From assembly GCA_963736005.1 (NCBI GenBank), contig CAVTNB010000001.1, positions 96,001-160,000 on the forward strand: 64,000 bases of DNA. Reading direction: 5' to 3'. The translations under genes and the position numbers were made by a program. Shown here in pieces: positions 58,823-64,000 of the stretch; position 1 is the stretch's first letter, and each line of letters begins with the position of its first letter. The notes beneath the pieces were generated by a model, which saw nothing but the letters and a program-made list of their open reading frames with translations, searched no databases and was not told the DNA's origin. This stretch comes from an uncultured Pseudomonadota bacterium. Lineage in GTDB: Bacteria; Vulcanimicrobiota; Vulcanimicrobiia; Eremiobacterales; Eremiobacteraceae.

Positions 58823-59560
58823 TCAGCGCGTGACGATGCGGTTGCGCAGCGTGCCGATCTCATCGATAGTCACCTCGACGACATCCCCGGGCTGCATCGG
58901 TCCTATGCCGGCAGGTGTTCCGGTTGAGATGACGTCGCCCGGCTCGAGGGTAAACGCCGCTGAAATGTACTCGACAAGCCGATCCACGCCGAAGATCAAC
59001 GACGACGTGGCCGCATCTTGTTTGAGTTCTCCATTGAGATAGGTGCGCAGGCGCATGGAAGACGGATCGAGTTCCGTCACGATGCAAGGGCCGAGCGGAG
59101 CAAAGCCGTCGAATCCCTTGGCGCGAGCCCACTGCCCGTCGCTTTGCTGCAAATCGCGCGCGGTCACATCATTGCAGATTGTGTAGCCCAAGATGACGTC
59201 GTTGGCGCGCGCAGCTGGAACGTCGCGGCAGCGCTTGCCGATGACGACTGCGAGTTCTCCCTCGAAGTCAACGCGCTTGCTTTGAGATGGGTACACAATG
59301 TCGCCGTCGGGATCGTTGAGAGCCGATGGCGGCTTAAAGAACAAAAGCGGTTCCTTTGGCACGGAATTTCCCAGTTCGGCCGCGTGATCGGCGTAGTTGC
59401 GGCCAACCCCGATGATCTTCGAAGGAAGGCATGGCGCTACCAGACGCACCGAAGCGAGCGCCACGCGTCCACCAGCAAAGAGAAACTCGCCTGCATCGAT
59501 GGTTCCTTCTCGGATTGCGCCATCGATGAGTGCGCGAGCAAGCTTTCTCCGCTGCGACAT
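58823..59560 (-). CDS. Fumarylacetoacetate hydrolase family protein
   Basis: VGRNYADHA, FEGELAVVIG, NDVTARD, RAKGFD, TGTPAG. Confidence 0.93.
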   Translation of the reverse strand: MSQRRKLARALIDGAIREGTIDAGEFLFAGGRVALASVRLVAPCLPSKIIGVGRNYADHAAELGNSVPKEPLLFFKPPSALNDPDGDIVYPSQSKRVDFEGELAVVIGKRCRDVPAARANDVILGYTICNDVTARDLQQSDGQWARAKGFDGFAPLGPCIVTELDPSSMRLRTYLNGELKQDAATSSLIFGVDRLVEYISAAFTLEPGDVISTGTPAGIGPMQPGDVVEVTIDEIGTLRNRIVTR

Positions 59561-59652
59561 ATGCCGAGGCGTTTGGGCTCCGTCACGCACGCGACCTTCT
59601 CGCTGGCACATTCACGCAAGGCTGCGCCCCGGGAGACGGGCAATACCTCTTC

Positions 59653-61056
59653 ATGAAGAACCTGCACGAATTTGATTTTTGCGTCCTTGGCGCGGGAAGC
59701 GGCGGCTTCGCAGCGGCAACGACGGCACGAAGCTTGGGTAAAACTGTTGCCCTGGTTGATGGCCTAGGTCCGCTTGCGGGCTTGTGCATTCTGCGCGGTT
59801 GCATGCCGAGCAAGACCCTCCTTCGCTCCGCTGAGATCGCGCACTTAATGAAGGTCGCCCCAGTTTTGGGCGTTCATCCCTCCGGCGTGCGTTTCGACGT
59901 CGCGCAAATCATCGAGCGCAAGAACAGGATCATTGATGGCTTCGCAAACTTTCGGGTCGATGGCATCAAAGAGTTCCCATTATTTTTAGGAGCGCCACGT
60001 TTTGTCAAGGCGGATGAGCTTGAAGTTGACGGACAAACGGTGCGGGCGAAGCGATTTCTCGTCGCCACTGGCTCTGTGATCAACGTACCCGCTGTTGCCG
60101 GATTGAACGAAACAGGCTTCATGACAAGTGACGACGTGCTCGATCTGACGACGCTGCCAAAAAGCGTTGTCGTGCTTGGGGGCGGGTCGGTAGCTGTCGA
60201 ACTTGGCCAGTATTTGGCGCGGATGGGAACGCACACAACGATCGTGCAGCGCAGCACAACCCTGTTGTCCAGCGAAGACCCAGACGTTGGCGAGTACCTA
60301 CGGATGGCGTTGGAAAAAGACGGAATCGAGGTTCTGACCGGTACAACGCTGACCTACGTTGAGAAAGTTGGTGCAAAAAAGAGAGTTTCGTTTCAACTCG
60401 CAGGCAGCGATGTGTCGGTCGAGGCCCATGAGGTCCTTGTCGCACTTGGACGGAGGCCAAATGTGGATGGCTTCGGATTTGAAGCCGCCGGCATTGCTTT
60501 CGACCATCACGGCGTGAAAACCGATCGTTTTCTTCGCACAAGCAATCCGCAAGTGTATGCCGCGGGTGACGTTACTGGCGCATTTGAATTAGTGCACGTT
60601 GCCGTTTACGGTGGACAACTCGCCGCACGGAACGCATTTTCAGAATCTCCCCAGCCGATAAATTACGATCGTATGGGAGCGCGTGCTGTGTTTACGGATC
60701 CTGCAGTTGCCGTGGCTGGTCTCACGGAACGCGAGTGCCAACAGCGACACATCGCGTATGAGAAGGCTGTCTATCGATTCGCGGAACTCGGCAAGGCCAT
60801 CGCAACGGAGCTGACCGAGGGTTTTTTAAAGATGCTCGCCGACTCGGATGGGCGGATCCTTGGCGTCACGATCGTCGGGGCAGAAGCGTCCGATCTTATC
60901 CACGAAGCGATCGCCCTTCTGTACTTCGGCGCCAAATGCCACGACGTGATGGAGATGCCGCACCTGCATCCCACGCTTGCAGAAATCATCACCTATCCGG
61001 CCGAAGAGCTTTCCGAGCGGATCGAGCATCAACGTCATGCAGTCGTCACGCCGTAA
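59653..61056 (+). CDS. Class I pyridine nucleotide-disulfide oxidoreductase (Lpd-like)
   Basis: GAGSGG, CILRGCMPSK, AAGDVTG, HPTLAE. Confidence 0.9.
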   Translation: MKNLHEFDFCVLGAGSGGFAAATTARSLGKTVALVDGLGPLAGLCILRGCMPSKTLLRSAEIAHLMKVAPVLGVHPSGVRFDVAQIIERKNRIIDGFANFRVDGIKEFPLFLGAPRFVKADELEVDGQTVRAKRFLVATGSVINVPAVAGLNETGFMTSDDVLDLTTLPKSVVVLGGGSVAVELGQYLARMGTHTTIVQRSTTLLSSEDPDVGEYLRMALEKDGIEVLTGTTLTYVEKVGAKKRVSFQLAGSDVSVEAHEVLVALGRRPNVDGFGFEAAGIAFDHHGVKTDRFLRTSNPQVYAAGDVTGAFELVHVAVYGGQLAARNAFSESPQPINYDRMGARAVFTDPAVAVAGLTERECQQRHIAYEKAVYRFAELGKAIATELTEGFLKMLADSDGRILGVTIVGAEASDLIHEAIALLYFGAKCHDVMEMPHLHPTLAEIITYPAEELSERIEHQRHAVVTP

Positions 61057-61093
61057 AGCGCGGCCACTGCATCGCTACGGTGCAGATTTGCCT

Positions 61094-61873
61094 ATGTACC
61101 GAAGACCCTATTTGTACGACCTCGCCTTCGGCTTTCGCGATATCGCGGCAGAGTGTCAGGGTCTCTTGACGTTAGCAGCGCGTCATGGGGTGAAGCACCC
61201 GCGAACGGTGATCGAGCTTGCCTGCGGGCCGGCGCACCACTTGCGGGAGCTTGCGCGGCTGGGGGTGGCATGTCAAGGACTCGACATCAACAGGGAGATG
61301 CTCGGATATGCGCGCGCTTTGTGTCGGCGTGATGGGGTTAAAGTTGCCTTGAGGCGAGCGGACATGCGAACGTTTACAACTCCTCGTCGGTTTGACGTCG
61401 CGCTCTGTCTCTTTGATTCGTTCGCGCAATGCGTCACCGATCGCGATGCCATCGAAACCCTGCGCTGCACTGGCGCGGCCTTGCGTCGCGGCGGCTTGGC
61501 GTTTGTCGAATTCACCCATCCGGCCGACTATTTTGGAAGAGGGAGAACGCGCACGGTAGACCGCTGGACCCAGCGCGACGGCGACCTTGCCGTGAGCGCA
61601 CGGTTCTCACTGACGCGCTTCGATCCGGTGGCTGAAACCGTCGTCGCGAGCCTTGTCATCGTACCGAAGGTGCGCAACGGAAAACGCAATGCTGCACAGC
61701 CCCTGGTCATGCGCTGGCCGCAACGCATGTGGCTGCGCGGCGGCATTTCGCACGTCGTTCTTGCAAGCGCATGCTTCGACATCGTTGGGTGGTATGGCGA
61801 CTTGGATCCAATTGCTCCGCTCGACCTCGCCGCCCAAGCGTGGCGAATGATCGTCGTGCTGCGCCGGCGGTAG
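61094..61873 (+). CDS. Class I SAM-dependent methyltransferase
   Basis: ELACGPA, GLDINREML, ADMRTF, LRRGG. Confidence 0.85.
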   Translation: MYRRPYLYDLAFGFRDIAAECQGLLTLAARHGVKHPRTVIELACGPAHHLRELARLGVACQGLDINREMLGYARALCRRDGVKVALRRADMRTFTTPRRFDVALCLFDSFAQCVTDRDAIETLRCTGAALRRGGLAFVEFTHPADYFGRGRTRTVDRWTQRDGDLAVSARFSLTRFDPVAETVVASLVIVPKVRNGKRNAAQPLVMRWPQRMWLRGGISHVVLASACFDIVGWYGDLDPIAPLDLAAQAWRMIVVLRRR

Positions 61874-61880
61874 CGATCGC

Positions 61881-62838
61881 ATGCGCATTGTGTCGCTCTC
61901 GAGCATTTGGAATGAGGAACTCGCGCCGCTGCTCGACCGCGGTCTCGAACTTTATGCTGTTGACCCAGACGATGCAAAGACGTTGGAGGCTGCCCTAGCT
62001 GACGCGCATGTCGTGATCAGCGCAAAGCTTTCAAGCCGGCAGATTCGGGCCTGCAAGCAACTGCGATTGCTCATTTGCCCGGCTGCCGGTACGGACCTCA
62101 TCGATCGAGCAGCTCTGCCAGGCGATGTGCAGTTCGTCAAAGGGTCGGGCCACGAGATTCCAATGGCGGAGTATGTGCATCGGTTGCCTTGTGGCGCTGC
62201 GTCAACACCTTTTTGAATCAGATGCCGCGTTGCGCCAGGGGCACTGGAAATATGGATTTCTCGGCGACTGCGGATTGCTCGATGAACTGCATGGGTCTGC
62301 TCTTGGTATGATTGGATTCGGGGGCATCGGCCAGGCTGTTGCTCGTCGCGCGCTCGCCTTTGGAATGCGATGTGCGGCGGTGACCCTTCATCCAGACACA
62401 AAGCGTGCGCAGGCCTCCGCGTTGGAATTTTTAGGAGGACTCGGCGATGCGGCAGAGGTCGATCGCCTGGTGAGCTGGAGCGATGCACTCGTGCTGTGCT
62501 GCGAGCTGTCGGAAATAACCCGAGGGATTCTCGACTCGCGACGCTTCGAGTTGATGAAACGCGGCGCCGTCGTAGTGAATATCGCGCGCGGACCAGTGGC
62601 TCGCGAAAAAGACTTCTACGATGCGCTCGCCAGCGGGCGGATCGCCGGCGCGGCGATCGACGTGTGGTACCGCTACCCGCCGGAGGCCAGCTTCCCGTCT
62701 GAGCTGCCGTTCCAAGACTTGAGGAACGTCATCATGACGCCTCATTCAAGCGCCTGGACCGAACCCACGAAGCGACGCCGCGTGGCGGCCATTGCAGCAG
62801 CGATCAACGACTTCGCGCGAGGCTCCAAGCCCGTTTGA
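61881..62838 (+). CDS. D-isomer 2-hydroxyacid dehydrogenase, apparent frameshift near 62178
   Basis: AGTDLID..MAEY in the first frame; GFGGIG, VNIARG, AAIDVW and MTPHSS in the second. Confidence 0.85.
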
Positions 62839-63550
62839 AGATGCGGTCGAGCATCGCCCGAGTGAGCTTTCCGGTGTTGGTGTTTTGGCGGCTGGGGTGG
62901 TAGCTCGCAAGGAGCTGAATCGTGCGGCCATCGCCGTTTTTGAGTTGATAGACCCGGTCGTGGCCGAAAATCGGTCGTTGCGCAGCCGTGAAGCCGCGTT
63001 CGCGCAAACGCGCCCAAATAGTGTCGAAGCCAATCTTGCCGAGAGCGACCACAACGCGAATCGAGCGCAGCAGGTCGAGTTCAGCGCGCATGTGATCGGC
63101 GCATTTCGCCATTTGGTCCGACGCGGGCTTGTTGCCAGGAGGAGCACAACGCAAGGCGGCGGTCATGAAAGCGTCGATCAGTTCGAACCCGTCGCCCCTG
63201 CGCACGGACGTCGGTTGGGTCGCTAAACCTGCACGATACAGTGCTCGGGCCAAAAAGACGGCCGAACCGTCGCCGGTAAACATGCGCCCCGTTCGATTGC
63301 CTCCATGTGCGGCTGGGGCGAGGCCAACGATCAGGACACGGGCATCCACCGAACCAATACTCGGCACGGGCTTTCCCCAATAGTGCTCGTGGGCAAACTC
63401 GCGCTTGCGCTCGGAAGCGACGCGGTGGCAATAGGCGCGTAACTCTGGACAGCGCGTACAGGTGACGATGCGGCGTCGCACCGCCCCTATGTTTGCCCCA
63501 AGATGTCGCAGCACGAGTTTCCTCGCGCCCGTCGTTTGCGAAGCTTTCAA
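62804..63550 (-). CDS. Uracil-DNA glycosylase, family 5 (UdgB-like)
   Basis: CTRCPEL, GLAPAAHGGNRTGRMFTGD, HPSRQNT. Confidence 0.92.
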   Translation of the reverse strand: MKASQTTGARKLVLRHLGANIGAVRRRIVTCTRCPELRAYCHRVASERKREFAHEHYWGKPVPSIGSVDARVLIVGLAPAAHGGNRTGRMFTGDGSAVFLARALYRAGLATQPTSVRRGDGFELIDAFMTAALRCAPPGNKPASDQMAKCADHMRAELDLLRSIRVVVALGKIGFDTIWARLRERGFTAAQRPIFGHDRVYQLKNGDGRTIQLLASYHPSRQNTNTGKLTRAMLDRIFKRAWSLARSR

Positions 63551-64000
63551 TCGCGACGGGTGCCGAGTGGGGAGCGATCGCCGATCCATTGCGCCGGGTC
63601 GATGACCCAATAGCGGGCAAGATTGTTGAGCGACGACGCGTACGTAGCGCGAAGGCGTCGAAATGCCTCCCAGGTTTGCGCTTCGTCGCCGAGCGTGTAG
63701 CCCGCGGCCGCGAGGCGCTCCCTAGCCGTCACAAATTCCTGCCGTTCGACCAACGACTGCTCCGTGCCCAAAAGACCAAAATAATCCGCAACGTCGTCAA
63801 CGAGATGCGCGCCGACGCTATGGGCAAGTTGCGCCTGCCCTTTAGGAACGCTTTCGATGGTGGAGACGACGAGGGTCGCGGCGTCAAGGATGGCGCCCAA
63901 GCCTGCGATCCATGACTCGCCAACGTGCGTGGATCGAAAGTAGCAGAGGACGGGATACGCAAGGTGCGTCTCAAGCACGTCTCCGCACCAAGCCTGCGCT
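63547..64000 (-). CDS. C-terminal part of a potassium-channel-family protein (5' end outside window)
   Basis: LETHLAYPVLCYFRS..SWIAGLGAILDAA resembles the cytoplasmic tail of 2-TM channel family proteins. Confidence 0.6.
   Translation of the reverse strand, partial: AQAWCGDVLETHLAYPVLCYFRSTHVGESWIAGLGAILDAATLVVSTIESVPKGQAQLAHSVGAHLVDDVADYFGLLGTEQSLVERQEFVTARERLAAAGYTLGDEAQTWEAFRRLRATYASSLNNLARYWVIDPAQWIGDRSPLGTRRD

Noticed and set aside
59653..61056. Mercuric reductase merA
   Set aside because: No C-terminal Cys-Cys pair or NmerA domain, and no mer genes nearby. It has the Lpd-type HPTxxE motif.

Overview
High-GC bacterial chromosome window, probably from a diderm soil bacterium. Gene content resembles Candidatus Eremiobacterota, but that is an inference. 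The left third is accessory DNA. It starts with a YciI/ECF sigma pair and a DUF885 gene. It then holds a ~14.5 kb candidate immunity/conflict locus ending at tRNA-Phe: a secreted protein and patatin phospholipase on the minus strand, divergent from SLOG-2xSLATT, triple TIR-fold, membrane-anchored STAND-WD40, tip-less YD-repeat and TonB-dependent receptor genes. The middle holds an inositol-type ABC/iolE block, tRNA-Gly, a 57-aa metallothionein missed by the ORF track, a fully split NHEJ toolkit (LigD POL, LigC, Ku, LigD LIG, LigD PE) interrupted by moaA and an amino-sugar/GT2 operon, and a decayed integrative element at tRNA-Cys carrying a cyclase-STAND-TPR gene. The right third is housekeeping (recG, rsmD, coaD, yceD, rpmF, fabHDG, acpP, ffh, rpsP, khpA, rimM) plus assorted enzymes. 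Window-wide patterns are a family of GTAG-foot REP-like palindromes, three apparent ATA starts overlapping upstream TAG stops, and several single-base frameshifts that look like long-read indel errors. All family assignments come from motif recognition by eye, not from database searches.
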